Below are positions 22,201 to 37,200 of a stretch of DNA of 64,000 nucleotides, in pieces. The stretch lies in assembly GCA_964016885.1 (NCBI GenBank), contig OZ024740.1:262074001-262138000 (forward strand), written 5' to 3'. The stretch comes from Eledone cirrhosa (lineage: Eukaryota). The first letter of the stretch is position 1. Every line of letters starts with the position of its first letter. Under the pieces are notes generated by a model. The model was not told the DNA's origin and ran no database searches. It was given only the letters and a program-made list of their open reading frames with translations. Made by a program: the position numbers and the translations under genes.

Positions 22201-25200
22201 TGTTTCAGACAGGCTAGGACAGTCTTGAAGTCTAGGACACTGTCTCAGACAGGCTCGGACAGTCTTGAAGTCTAGGACACTGTTTCAGACAGGCTAGGAC
22301 AGTCTTGAAGTCTAGGACACTGTCTCAGACAGGCTCGGACAGTCTTGAAGTCTAGGACACTGTCTCAGACAGGCTTGGACAGTCTTGAAGTCTAGGACAC
22401 TGTCTCAGACAGGCTCGGACAGTCTTGAAGTCTAGGACACTGTCTCAGACAGGCTTGGACAGTCTTGAAGTCTAGGACACTGTCTCAGACAGGCTCGGAC
22501 AGTCTTGAAGTCTAGGACACTGTCTCAGACAGGCTTGGACAGTCTTGAAGTCTAGGACACTGTCTCAGACAGGCTCGGACAGTCTTGAAGTCTAGGACAA
22601 TGTTTCAGACAGGCTAGGACAGTCTTGAAGTCTAGGACACTGTCTCAGACAGGCTCGGACAGTCTTGAAGTCTAGGACACTGTCTCAGACAGGCTTGGAC
22701 AGTCTTGAAGTCTAGGACACTGTCTCAGACAGGCTCGGACAGTCTTGAAGTCTAGGACAATGTTTCAGACAGGCTAGGACAGTCTTGAAGTCTAGGACAC
22801 TGTTTCAGACAGGCTCGGACAGTCTTGAAGTCTAGGACACTGTTTCAGACAGGCTCGGACAGTCTTGAAGTCTAGGACAATGTCTCAGACAGGCTTGGAC
22901 AGTCTTGAAGTCTAGGACACTGTTTCAGACAGGCTAGGACAGTCTTGAAGTCTAGGACACTGTCTCAGACAGGCTCGGACAGTCTTGAAGTCTAGGACAC
23001 TGTCTCAGACAGGCTCGGACAGTCTTGAAGTCTAGGACACTGTCTCAGACAGGCTCGGACAGTCTTGAAGTCTAGGACACTGTCTCAGACAGGCTCGGAC
23101 AGTCTTGAAGTCTAGGACACTGTTTCAGACAGGCTAGGACAGTCTTGAAGTCTAGGACACTGTCTCAGACAGGCTCGGACAGTCTTGAAGTCTAGGACAC
23201 TGTCTCAGACAGGCTCGGACAGTCTTGAAGTCTAGGACAATGTCTCAGACAGGCTCGGACAGTCTTGAAGTCTAGGACAATGTCTCAGACAGGCTCGGAC
23301 AGTCTTGAAGTCTAGGACACTGTCTCAGACAGGCTCGGACAGTCTTGAAGTCTAGGACAATGTCTCAGACAGGCTCGGACAGTCTTGAAGTCTAGGACAA
23401 TGTCTCAGACAGGCTCGGACAGTCTTGAAGTCTAGGACACTGTCTCAGACAGGCTCGGACAGTCTTGAAGTCTAGGACACTGTTTCAGACAGGCTAGGAC
23501 AGTCTTGAAGTCTAGGACACTGTCTCAGACAGGCTCGGACAGTCTTGAAGTCTAGGACACTGTCTCAGACAGGCTCGGACAGTCTTGAAGTCTAGGACAA
23601 TGTCTCAGACAGGCTCGGACAGTCTTGAAGTCTAGGACAATGTCTCAGACAGGCTCGGACAGTCTTGAAGTCTAGGACACTGTCTCAGACAGGCTCGGAC
23701 AGTCTTGAAGTCTAGGACAATGTCTCAGACAGGCTCGGACAGTCTTGAAGTCTAGGACAATGTCTCAGACAGGCTCGGACAGTCTTGAAGTCTAGGACAC
23801 TGTTTCAGACAGGCTCGGACAGTCTTGAAGTCTAGGACACTGTCTCAGACAGGCTCGGACAGTCTTGAAGTCTAGGACAATGTCTCAGACAGGCTAGGAC
23901 AGTCTTGAAGTCTAGGACACTGTCTCAGACAGGCTTGGACAGTCTTGAAGTCTAGGACACTGTCTCAGACAGGCTCGGACAGTCTTGAAGTCTAGGACAC
24001 TATCTCAGACAGGCTCGGACAGTCTTGAAGTCAAGGACACTGTCTCAGACAGGCTCGGACAGTCTTGAAGTCTAGGACACTGTCTCAGACAGGCTCGGAC
24101 AGTCTTGAAGTCTAGGACACTGTTTCAGACATGCTCGGACAGTCTTGAAGTCTAGGACACTGTCTCAGACAGGCTCGGACAGTCTTGAAGTCTAGGACAC
24201 TGTCTCAGACAGGCTCGGACAGTCTTGAAGTCTAGGACACTGTCTCAGACAGGCTAGGACAGTCTTGAAGTCTAGGACACTGTCTCAGACAGGCTCGGAC
24301 AGTCTTGAAGTCTAGGACACTGTTTCAGACATGCTCGGACAGTCTTGAAGTCTAGGACACTGTCTCAGACAGGCTCGGACAGTCTTGAAGTCTAGGACAC
24401 TGTTTCAGACATGCTCGGACAGTCTTGAAGTCTAGGACACTGTCTCAGACAGGCTCGGACAGTCTTGAAGTCTAGGACACTGTCTCAGACAGGCTCGGAC
24501 AGTCTTGAAGTCTAGGACACTGTCTCAGACAGGCTTGGACAGTCTTGAAGTCTAGGACACTGTCTCAGACAGGCTCGGACAGTCTTGAAGTCTAGGACAC
24601 TATCTCAGACAGGCTCGGACAGTCTTGAAGTCAAGGACACTGTCTCAGACAGGCTCGGACAGTCTTGAAGTCTAGGACACTGTCTCAGACAGGCTAGGAC
24701 AGTCTTGAAGTCTAGGACACTGTCTCAGACAGGCTCGGACAGTCTTGAAGTCTAGGACACTGTCTCAGACAGGCTTGGACAGTCTTGAAGTCTAGGACAA
24801 TGTCTCAGACAGGCTCGGACAGTCTTGAAGTCTAGGACACTGTCTCAGACAGGCTCGGACAGTCTTGAAGTCTAGGACACTGTTTCAGACATGCTCGGAC
24901 AGTCTTGAAGTCTAGGACACTGTCTCAGACAGGCTCGGACAGTCTTGAAGTCTAGGACACTGTTTCAGACATGCTCGGACAGTCTTGAAGTCTAGGACAC
25001 TGTCTCAGACAGGCTCGGACAGTCTTGAAGTCTAGGACACTGTCTCAGACAGGCTCGGACAGTCTTGAAGTCTAGGACACTGTCTCAGACAGGCTCGGAC
25101 AGTCTTGAAGTCTAGGACACTGTCTCAGACAGGCTCGGACAGTCTTGAAGTCTAGGACACTGTTTCAGACATGCTCGGACAGTCTTGAAGTCTAGGACAC

Positions 25201-28200
25201 TGTCTCAGACAGGCTCGGACAGTCTTGAAGTCTAGGACACTGTTTCAGACATGCTCGGACAGTCTTGAAGTCTAGGACACTGTCTCAGACAGGCTCGGAC
25301 AGTCTTGAAGTCTAGGACACTGTCTCAGACAGGCTCGGACAGTCTTGAAGTCTAGGACACTGTCTCAGACAGGCTTGGACAGTCTTGAAGTCTAGGACAC
25401 TGTCTCAGACAGGCTCGGACAGTCTTGAAGTCTAGGACACTATCTCAGACAGGCTCGGACAGTCTTGAAGTCAAGGACACTGTCTCAGACAGGCTCGGAC
25501 AGTCTTGAAGTCTAGGACACTGTCTCAGACAGGCTAGGACAGTCTTGAAGTCTAGGACACTGTCTCAGACAGGCTCGGACAGTCTTGAAGTCTAGGACAC
25601 TGTCTCAGACAGGCTTGGACAGTCTTGAAGTCTAGGACAATGTCTCAGACAGGCTCGGACAGTCTTGAAGTCTAGGACACTGTCTCAGACAGGCTTGGAC
25701 AGTCTTGAAGTCTAGGACAATGTCTCAGACAGGCTCGGACAGTCTTGAAGTCTAGGACACTATCTCAGACAGGCTCGGACAGTCTTGAAGTCAAGGACAC
25801 TGTCTCAGACAGGCTCGGACAGTCTTGAAGTCTAGGACACTGTCTCAGACAGGCTCGGACAGTCTTGAAGTCTAGGACACTGTCTCAGACAGGCTCGGAC
25901 AGTCTTGAAGTCTAGGACACTGTCTCAGACAGGCTTGGACAGTCTTGAAGTCTAGGACAATGTCTCAGACAGGCTCGGACAGTCTTGAAGTCTAGGACAC
26001 TGTCTCAGACAGGCTCGGACAGTCTTGAAGTCTAGGACACTGTTTCAGACAGGCTAGGACAGTCTTGAAGTCTAGGACACTGTCTCAGACAGGCTCGGAC
26101 AGTCTTGAAGTCTAGGACACTATCTCAGACAGGCTCGGACAGTCTTGAAGTCAAGGACACTGTCTCAGACAGGCTCGGACAGTCTTGAAGTCTAGGACAC
26201 TGTCTCAGACAGGCTAGGACAGTCTTGAAGTCTAGGACACTGTCTCAGACAGGCTCGGACAGTCTTGAAGTCTAGGACACTGTCTCAGACAGGCTTGGAC
26301 AGTCTTGAAGTCTAGGACAATGTCTCAGACAGGCTCGGACAGTCTTGAAGTCTAGGACACTGTCTCAGACAGGCTTGGACAGTCTTGAAGTCTAGGACAA
26401 TGTCTCAGACAGGCTCGGACAGTCTTGAAGTCTAGGACACTATCTCAGACAGGCTCGGACAGTCTTGAAGTCAAGGACACTGTCTCAGACAGGCTCGGAC
26501 AGTCTTGAAGTCTAGGACACTGTCTCAGACAGGCTCGGACAGTCTTGAAGTCTAGGACACTGTCTCAGACAGGCTCGGACAGTCTTGAAGTCTAGGACAC
26601 TGTCTCAGACAGGCTTGGACAGTCTTGAAGTCTAGGACAATGTCTCAGACAGGCTCGGACAGTCTTGAAGTCTAGGACACTGTCTCAGACAGGCTCGGAC
26701 AGTCTTGAAGTCTAGGACACTGTCTCAGACAGGCTCGGACAGTCTTGAAGTCTAGGACACTGTCTCAGACAGGCTCGGACAGTCTTGAAGTCTAGGACAC
26801 TGTCTCAGACAGGCTTGGACAGTCTTGAAGTCTAGGACACTGTCTCAGACAGGCTCGGACAGTCTTGAAGTCTAGGACACTGTCTCAGACAGGCTTGGAC
26901 AGTCTTGAAGTCTAGGACACTGTCTCAGACAGGCTCGGACAGTCTTGAAGTCTAGGACAATGTTTCAGACAGGCTAGGACAGTCTTGAAGTCTAGGACAC
27001 TGTCTCAGACAGGCTCGGACAGTCTTGAAGTCTAGGACACTGTCTCAGACAGGCTTGGACAGTCTTGAAGTCTAGGACACTGTCTCAGACAGGCTCGGAC
27101 AGTCTTGAAGTCTAGGACAATGTTTCAGACAGGCTAGGACAGTCTTGAAGTCTAGGACACTGTCTCAGACAGGCTCGGACAGTCTTGAAGTCTAGGACAC
27201 TGTTTCAGACAGGCTAGGACAGTCTTGAAGTCTAGGACACTGTCTCAGACAGGCTCGGACAGTCTTGAAGTCTAGGACACTGTCTCAGACAGGCTTGGAC
27301 AGTCTTGAAGTCTAGGACACTGTCTCAGACAGGCTCGGACAGTCTTGAAGTCTAGGACACTGTCTCAGACAGGCTTGGACAGTCTTGAAGTCTAGGACAC
27401 TGTCTCAGACAGGCTCGGACAGTCTTGAAGTCTAGGACACTGTCTCAGACAGGCTTGGACAGTCTTGAAGTCTAGGACACTGTCTCAGACAGGCTCGGAC
27501 AGTCTTGAAGTCTAGGACAATGTTTCAGACAGGCTAGGACAGTCTTGAAGTCTAGGACACTGTCTCAGACAGGCTCGGACAGTCTTGAAGTCTAGGACAC
27601 TGTCTCAGACAGGCTTGGACAGTCTTGAAGTCTAGGACACTGTCTCAGACAGGCTCGGACAGTCTTGAAGTCTAGGACAATGTTTCAGACAGGCTAGGAC
27701 AGTCTTGAAGTCTAGGACACTGTTTCAGACAGGCTCGGACAGTCTTGAAGTCTAGGACACTGTTTCAGACAGGCTCGGACAGTCTTGAAGTCTAGGACAA
27801 TGTCTCAGACAGGCTTGGACAGTCTTGAAGTCTAGGACACTGTTTCAGACAGGCTAGGACAGTCTTGAAGTCTAGGACACTGTCTCAGACAGGCTCGGAC
27901 AGTCTTGAAGTCTAGGACACTGTCTCAGACAGGCTCGGACAGTCTTGAAGTCTAGGACACTGTCTCAGACAGGCTCGGACAGTCTTGAAGTCTAGGACAC
28001 TGTCTCAGACAGGCTCGGACAGTCTTGAAGTCTAGGACACTGTTTCAGACAGGCTAGGACAGTCTTGAAGTCTAGGACACTGTCTCAGACAGGCTCGGAC
28101 AGTCTTGAAGTCTAGGACACTGTCTCAGACAGGCTCGGACAGTCTTGAAGTCTAGGACACTGTCTCAGACAGGCTCGGACAGTCTTGAAGTCTAGGACAC

Positions 28201-31200
28201 TGTCTCAGACAGGCTCGGACAGTCTTGAAGTCTAGGACACTGTTTCAGACAGGCTAGGACAGTCTTGAAGTCTAGGACACTGTCTCAGACAGGCTTGGAC
28301 AGTCTTGAAGTCTAGGACACTGTCTCAGACAGGCTCGGACAGTCTTGAAGTCTAGGACACTGTCTCAGACAGGCTTGGACAGTCTTGAAGTCTAGGACAC
28401 TGTCTCAGACAGGCTCGGACAGTCTTGAAGTCTAGGACAATGTTTCAGACAGGCTAGGACAGTCTTGAAGTCTAGGACACTGTCTCAGACAGGCTCGGAC
28501 AGTCTTGAAGTCTAGGACACTGTCTCAGACAGGCTTGGACAGTCTTGAAGTCTAGGACACTGTCTCAGACAGGCTCGGACAGTCTTGAAGTCTAGGACAA
28601 TGTTTCAGACAGGCTAGGACAGTCTTGAAGTCTAGGACACTGTTTCAGACAGGCTCGGACAGTCTTGAAGTCTAGGACACTGTTTCAGACAGGCTCGGAC
28701 AGTCTTGAAGTCTAGGACAATGTCTCAGACAGGCTTGGACAGTCTTGAAGTCTAGGACACTGTTTCAGACAGGCTAGGACAGTCTTGAAGTCTAGGACAC
28801 TGTCTCAGACAGGCTCGGACAGTCTTGAAGTCTAGGACACTGTCTCAGACAGGCTCGGACAGTCTTGAAGTCTAGGACACTGTCTCAGACAGGCTCGGAC
28901 AGTCTTGAAGTCTAGGACACTGTCTCACACAGGCTCGGACAGTCTTGAAGTCTAGGACACTGTTTCAGACAGGCTAGGACAGTCTTGAAGTCTAGGACAC
29001 TGTCTCAGACAGGCTCGGACAGTCTTGAAGTCTAGGACACTGTCTCAGACAGGCTCGGACAGTCTTGAAGTCTAGGACACTGTCTCAGACAGGCTCGGAC
29101 AGTCTTGAAGTCTAGGACACTGTCTCAGACAGGCTCGGACAGTCTTGAAGTCTAGGACACTGTTTCAGACAGGCTAGGACAGTCTTGAAGTCTAGGACAC
29201 TGTCTCAGACAGGCTCGGACAGTCTTGAAGTCTAGGACACTGTCTCAGACAGGCTTGGACAGTCTTGAAGTCTAGGACACTGTCTCAGACAGGCTCGGAC
29301 AGTCTTGAAGTCTAGGACACTGTCTCAGACAGGCTAGGACAGTCTTGAAGTCTAGGACACTGTCTCAGACAGGCTCGGACAGTCTTGAAGTCTAGGACAC
29401 TGTCTCAGACAGGCTAGGACAGTCTTGAAGTCTAGGACAATGTCTCAGACAGGCTCGGACAGTCTTGAAGTCTAGGACACTGTTTCAGACAGGCTAGGAC
29501 AGTCTTGAAGTCTAGGACAATGTCTCAGACAGGCTAGGACAGTCTTGAAGTCTAGGACACTGTTTCAGACAGGCTAGGACAGTCTTGAAGTCTAGGACAC
29601 TGTCTCAGACAGGCTTGGACAGTCTTGAAGTCTAGGACACTGTCTCAGACAGGCTCGGACAGTCTTGAAGTCTAGGACACTGTCTCAGACAGGCTTGGAC
29701 AGTCTTGAAGTCTAGGACACTGTCTCAGACAGGCTTGGACAGTCTTGAAGTCTAGGACACTGTCTCAGACAGGCTTGGACAGTCTTGAAGTCTAGGACAA
29801 TGTCTCAGACAGGCTAGGACAGTCTTGAAGTCTAGGACACTGTCTCAGACAGGCTTGGACAGTCTTGAAGTCTAGGACACTGTCTCAGACAGGCTTGGAC
29901 AGTCTTGAAGTCTAGGACACTGTCTCAGACAGGCTCGGACAGTCTTGAAGTCTAGGACACTGTCTCAGACAGGCTCGGACAGTCTTGAAGTCTAGGACAC
30001 TGTCTCAGACAGGCTCGCACAGTCTTGAAGTCTAGGACACTGTCTCAGACAGGCTTGGACAGTCTTGAAGTCTAGGACAATGTCTCAGACAGGCTAGGAC
30101 AGTCTTGAAGTCTAGGACACTGTCTCAGACAGGCTTGGACAGTCTTGAAGTCTAGGACACTGTCTCAGACAGGCTTGGACAGTCTTGAAGTCTAGGACAC
30201 TGTCTCAGACAGGCTCGGACAGTCTTGAAGTCTAGGACACTGTCTCAGACAGGCTCGCACAGTCTTGAAGTCTAGGACACTGTCTCAGACAGGCTTGGAC
30301 AGTCTTGAAGTCTAGGACACTGTCTCAGACAGGCTCGGACAGTCTTGAAGTCTAGGACACTGTCTCAGACAGGTTTGGACAGTCTTGAAGTCTAGGACAC
30401 TGTCTCAGACAGGCTCGGACAGTCTTGAAGTCTAGGACACTGTCTCAGACAGGCTCGGACAGTCTTGATGTCTAGGACACTATCTCAGACAGGCTCGGAC
30501 AGTCTTGAAGTCTAGGACACTGTCTCAGACAGGCTCGGACAGTCTTGAAGTCTAGGACACTGTTTCAGACAGGCTAGGACAGTCTTGAAGTCTAGGACAA
30601 TGTCTCAGACAGGCTCGGACAGTCTTGAAGTCTAGGACACTGTCTCAGACAGGCTCGGACAGTCTTGAAGTCTAGGACAATGTCTCAGACAGGCTCGGAC
30701 AGTCTTGAAGTCTAGGACACTGTCTCAGACAGGCTCGGACAGTCTTGAAGTCTAGGACACTGTCTCAGACAGGCTCGGACAGTCTTGAAGTCTAGGACAC
30801 TATCTCAGACAGGCTCGGACAGTCTTGAAGTCTAGGACACTGTCTCAGACAGGCTCGGACAGTCTTGAAGTCTAGGACACTGTTTCAGACAGGCTAGGAC
30901 AGTCTTGAAGTCTAGGACAATGTCTCAGACAGGCTCGGACAGTCTTGAAGTCTAGGACACTGTCTCAGACAGGCTCGGACAGTCTTGAAGTCTAGGACAA
31001 TGTCTCAGACAGGCTCGGACAGTCTTGAAGTCTAGGACAATGTCTCAGACAGGCTCGGACAGTCTTGAAGTCTAGGACACTGTTTCAGACAGGCTAGGAC
31101 AGTCTTGAAGTCTAGGACAATGTCTCAGACAGGCTCGGACAGTCTTGAAGTCTAGGACACTATCTCAGACAGGCTCGGACAGTCTTGAAGTCTAGGACAC

Positions 31201-34200
31201 TGTCTCAGACAGGCTCGGACAGTCTTGAAGTCTAGGACACTATCTCAGACAGGCTCGGACAGTCTTGAAGTCTAGGACACTGTCTCAGACAGGCTCGGAC
31301 AGTCTTGAAGTCTAGGACAATGTCTCAGACAGGCTCGGACAGTCTTGAAGTCTAGGACACTATCTCAGACAGGCTCGGACAGTCTTGAAGTCTAGGACAC
31401 TGTTTCAGACAGGCTCGGACAGTCTTGAAGTCTAGGACACTGTCTCAGACAGGCTCGGACAGTCTTGAAGTCTAGGACACTGTTTCAGACATGCTCGGAC
31501 AGTCTTGAAGTCTAGGACAATGTCTCAGACAGGCTCGGACAGTCTTGAAGTCTAGGACACTGTCTCAGACAGGCTCGGACAGTCTTGAAGTCTAGGACAC
31601 TGTTTCAGACAGGCTAGGACAGTCTTGAAGTCTAGGACACTGTCTCAGACAGGCTAGGACAGTCTTGAAGTCTAGGACACTGTCTCAGACAGGCTAGGAC
31701 AGTCTTGAAGTCTAGGACACTGTCTCAGACAGGCTCGGACAGTCTTGAAGTCTAGGACACTGTCTCAGACAGGCTCGGACAGTCTTGAAGTCTAGGACAC
31801 TGTCTCAGACAGGCTCGGACAGTCTTGAAGTCTAGGACAATGTCTCAGACAGGCTCGGACAGTCTTGAAGTCTAGGACACTGTTTCAGACAGGCTAGGAC
31901 AGTCTTGAAGTCTAGGACAATGTCTCAGACAGGCTCGGACAGTCTTGAAGTCTAGGACACTGTCTCAGACAGGCTCGGACAGTCTTGAAGTCTAGGACAC
32001 TGTCTCAGACAGGCTCGGACAGTCTTGAAGTCTAGGACACTGTTTCAGACAGGCTCGGACAGTCTTGAAGTCTAGGACACTATCTCAGACAGGCTCGGAC
32101 AGTCTTGAAGTCTAGGACACTGTCTCAGACAGGCTCGGACAGTCTTGAAGTCTAGGACACTGTTTCAGACAGGCTAGGACAGTCTTGAAGTCTAGGACAC
32201 TGTTTCAGACAGGCTAGGACAGTCTTGAAGTCTAGGACAATGTCTCAGACAGGCTCGGACAGTCTTGAAGTCTAGGACACTATCTCAGACAGGCTCGGAC
32301 AGTCTTGAAGTCTAGGACACTGTTTCAGACAGGCTCGGACAGTCTTGAAGTCTAGGACACTATCTCAGACAGGCTCGGACAGTCTTGAAGTCTAGGACAC
32401 TGTCTCAGACAGGCTCGGACAGTCTTGAAGTCTAGGACACTGTCTCAGACAGGCTCGGACAGTCTTGAAGTCTAGGACACTGTCTCAGACAGGCTCGGAC
32501 AGTCTTGAAGTCTAGGACACTGTCTCAGACAGGCTCGGACAGTCTTGAAGTCTAGGACACTGTCTCAGACAGGCTCGGACAGTCTTGAAGTCTAGGACAC
32601 TGTCTCAGACAGGCTCGGACAGTCTTGAAGTCTAGGACACTGTCTCAGACAGGCTCGGACAGTCTTGAAGTCTAGGACACTGTCTCAGACAGGCTCGGAC
32701 AGTCTTGAAGTCTAGGACACTGTCTCAGACAGGCTAGGACAGTCTTGAAGTCTAGGACACTGTTTCAGACATGCTCGGACAGTCTTGAAGTCTAGGACAC
32801 TGTTTCAGACAGGCTCGGACAGTCTTGAAGTCTAGGACACTGTCTCAGACAGGCTCGGACAGTCTTAAAGTCTAGGACACTGTTTCAGACAGGCTAGGAC
32901 AGTCTTGAAGTCTAGGACACTGTTTCAGACAGGCTAGGACAGTCTTGAAGTCTAGGACACTGTCTCAGACAGGCTAGGACAGTCTTGAAGTCTAGGACAC
33001 TATCTCAGACAGGCTCGGACAGTCTTGAAGTCTAGGACACTGTTTCAGACAGGCTAGGACAGTCTTGAAGTCTAGGACACTGTCTCAGACAGGCTAGGAC
33101 AGTCTTGAAGTCTAGGACACTATCTCAGACAGGCTCGGACAGTCTTGAAGTCTAGGACACTGTTTCAGACAGGCTAGGACAGTCTTGAAGTCTAGGACAC
33201 TATCTCAGACAGGCTCGGACAGTCTTGAAGTCTAGGACACTGTTTCAGACAGGCTCGGACAGTCTTGAAGTCTAGGACACTGTCTCAGACAGGCTCGGAC
33301 AGTCTTGAAGTCAAGGACACTATCTCAGACAGGCTCGGACAGTCTTGAAGTCTAGGACACTGTCTCAGACAGGCTCGGACAGTCTTGAAGTCTAGGACAC
33401 TATCTCAGACAGGCTCGGACAGTCTTGAAGTCTAGGACACTGTCTCAGACAGGCTCGGACAGTCTTGAAGTCTAGGACACTGTTTCAGACAGGCTAGGAC
33501 AGTCTTGAAGTCTAGGACACTGTCTCAGACAGGCTCGGACAGTCTTGAAGTCTAGGACACTGTCTCAGACAGGCTTGGACAGTCTTGAAGTCTAGGACAA
33601 TGTCTCAGACAGGCTTGGACAGTCTTGAAGTCTAGGACACTGTCTCAGACAGGCTCGGACAGTCTTGAAGTCTAGGACACTGTTTCAGACAGGCTCGGAC
33701 AGTCTTGAAGTCTAGGACACTGTCTCAGACAGGCTCGGACAGTCTTGAAGTCAAGGACACTATCTCAGACAGGCTCGGACAGTCTTGAAGTCTAGGACAC
33801 TGTCTCAGACAGGCTAGGACAGTCTTGAAGTCTAGGACACTATCTCAGACAGGCTCGGACAGTCTTGAAGTCTAGGACACTGTTTCAGACAGGCTCGGAC
33901 AGTCTTGAAGTCTAGGACACTGTCTCAGACAGGCTCGGACAGTCTTGAAGTCTAGGACACTGTCTCAGACAGGCTTGGACAGTCTTGAAGTCTAGGACAC
34001 TGTTTCAGACAGGCTCGGACAGTCTTGAAGTCTAGGACACTGTCTCAGACAGGCTCGGACAGTCTTGAAGTCTAGGACACTATCTCAGACAGGCTCGGAC
34101 AGTCTTGAAGTCTAGGACACTGTCTCAGACAGGCTCGGACAGTCTTGAAGTCTAGGACACTATCTCAGACAGGCTCGGACAGTCTTGAAGTCTAGGACAC

Positions 34201-37200
34201 TGTCTCAGACAGGCTCGGACAGTCTTGAAGTCTAGGACACTGTTTCAGACAGGCTAGGACAGTCTTGAAGTCTAGGACACTGTTTCAGACATGCTCGGAC
34301 AGTCTTGAAGTCTAGGACACTGTTTCAGACAGGCTCGGACAGTCTTGAAGTCTAGGACACTGTTTCAGACAGGCTCGGACAGTCTTGAAGTCTAGGACAC
34401 TGTCTCAGACAGGCTCGGACAGTCTTGAAGTCTAGGACACTGTTTCAGACATGCTCGGACAGTCTTGAAGTCTAGGACACTGTCTCAGACAGGCTCGGAC
34501 AGTCTTGAAGTCTAGGACACTGTCTCAGACAGGCTCGGACAGTCTTGAAGTCTAGGACACTGTTTCAGACAGGCTAGGACAGTCTTGAAGTCTAGGACAC
34601 TGTTTCAGACATGCTCGGACAGTCTTGAAGTCTAGGACACTGTCTCAGACAGGCTCGGACAGTCTTGAAGTCTAGGACACTGTTTCAGACAGGCTCGGAC
34701 AGTCTTGAAGTCTAGGACAATGTCTCAGACAGGCTTGGACAGTCTTGAAGTCTAGGACACTGTCTCAGACAGGCTCGGACAGTCTTGAAGTCTAGGACAC
34801 TGTTTCAGACAGGCTCGGACAGTCTTGAAGTCTAGGACACTGTCTCAGACAGGCTCGGACAGTCTTGAAGTCTAGGACACTGTTTCAGACATGCTCGGAC
34901 AGTCTTGAAGTCTAGGACACTGTTTCAGACAGGCTCGGACAGTCTTGAAGTCTAGGACACTGTTTCAGACAGGCTAGGACAGTCTTGAAGTCTAGGACAC
35001 TGTCTCAGACAGGCTTGGACAGTCTTGAAGTCTAGGACACTGTCTCAGACAGGCTCGGACAGTCTTGAAGTCTAGGACACTGTTTCAGACAGGCTCGGAC
35101 AGTCTTGAAGTCTAGGACACTGTCTCAGACAGGCTAGGACAGTCTTGAAGTCTAGGACACTGTCTCAGACAGGCTAGGACAGTCTTGAAGTCTAGGACAC
35201 TGTTTCAGACAGGCTCGGACAGTCTTGAAGTCTAGGACACTGTTTCAGACAGGCTCGGACAGTCTTGAAGTCTAGGACACTGTCTCAGACAGGCTAGGAC
35301 AGTCTTGAAGTCTAGGACACTGTCTCAGACAGGCTCGGACAGTCTTGAAGTCTAGGACACTGTCTCAGACAGGCTCGGACAGTCTTGAAGTCTAGGACAC
35401 TGTCTCAGACAGGCTCGGACAGTCTTGAAGTCTAGGACACTGTCTCAGACAGGCTTGGACAGTCTTGAAGTCTAGGACACTGTTTCAGACAGGCTAGGAC
35501 AGTCTTGAAGTCTAGGACACTGTTTCAGACAGGCTAGGACAGTCTTGAAGTCTAGGACACTGTCTCAGACAGGCTCGGACAGTCTTGAAGTCTAGGACAC
35601 TGTTTCAGACAGGCTCGGACAGTCTTGAAGTCTAGGACAATGTTTCAGACAGGCTCGGACAGTCTTGAAGTCTAGGACACTGTTTCAGACAGGCTAGGAC
35701 AGTCTTGAAGTCTAGGACACTGTCTCAGACAGGCTCGGACAGTCTTGAAGTCTAGGACACTGTCTCAGACAGGCTCGGACAGTCTTGAAGTCTAGGACAA
35801 TGTTTCAGACAGGCTAGGACAGTCTTAAAGTCTAGGACACTGTCTCAGACAGGCTCGGACAGTCTTGAAGTCTAGGACACTGTCTCAGACAGGCTCGGAC
35901 AGTCTTGAAGTCTAGGACACTGTCTCAGACAGGCTCGGACAGTCTTGAAGTCTAGGACACTGTCTCAGACAGGCTTGGACAGTCTTGAAGTCTAGGACAC
36001 TGTTTCAGACAGGCTCGGACAGTCTTGAAGTCTAGGACACTGTTTCAGACAGGCTCGGACAGTCTTGAAGTCTAGGACACTGTTTCAGACAGGCTAGGAC
36101 AGTCTTGAAGTCTAGGACACTGTTTCAGACAGGCTCGGACAGTCTTGAAGTCTAGGACACTGTCTCAGACAGGCTCGGACAGTCTTGAAGTCAAGGACAC
36201 TGTCTCAGACAGGCTCGGACAGTCTTGAAGTCTAGGACACTGTTTCAGACAGGCTCGGACAGTCTTGAAGTCTAGGACACTGTTTCAGACAGGCTCGGAC
36301 AGTCTTGAAGTCTAGGACACTGTCTCAGACAGGCTCGGACAGTCTTGAAGTCTAGGACACTGTCTCAGACAGGCTCGGACAGTCTTGAAGTCAAGGACAC
36401 TGTCTCAGACAGGCTCGGACAGTCTGGAAGTCTAGGACACTGTTTCAGACAGGCTCGGACAGTCTTGAAGTCAAGGACACTGTCTCAGACAGGCTCGGAC
36501 AGTCTTGAAGTCTAGGACAATGTTTCAGACAGGCTAGGACAGTCTTAAAGTCTAGGACACTGTCTCAGACAGGCTCGGACAGTCTTGAAGTCTAGGACAA
36601 TGTTTCAGACAGGCTAGGACAGTCTTAAAGTCTAGGACACTGTCTCAGACAGGCTCGGACAGTCTTGAAGTCTAGGACACTGTTTCAGACAGGCTCGGAC
36701 AGTCTTGAAGTCAAGGACACTGTCTCAGACAGGCTCGGACAGTCTTGAAGTCTAGGACAATGTTTCAGACAGGCTAGGACAGTCTTAAAGTCTAGGACAC
36801 TGTCTCAGACAGGCTCGGACAGTCTTGAAGTCTAGGACACTGTCTCAGACAGGCTCGGACAGTCTTCTTGAAGTCTAGGACACTGTCTCAGACAGGCTCG
36901 GACAGTCTTGAAGTCTAGGACACTGTCTCAGACAGGCTTGGACAGTCTTGAAGTCTAGGACACTGTTTCAGACAGGCTCGGACAGTCTTGAAGTCTAGGA
37001 CACTGTCTCAGACAGGCTCGGACAGTCTTGAAGTCTAGGACAATGTTTCAGACAGGCTAGGACAGTCTTAAAGTCTAGGACACTGTCTCAGACAGGCTCG
37101 GACAGTCTTGAAGTCTAGGACACTGTCTCAGACAGGCTCGGACAGTCTTGAAGTCTAGGACACTGTCTCAGACAGGCTCGGACAGTCTTGAAGTCTAGGA

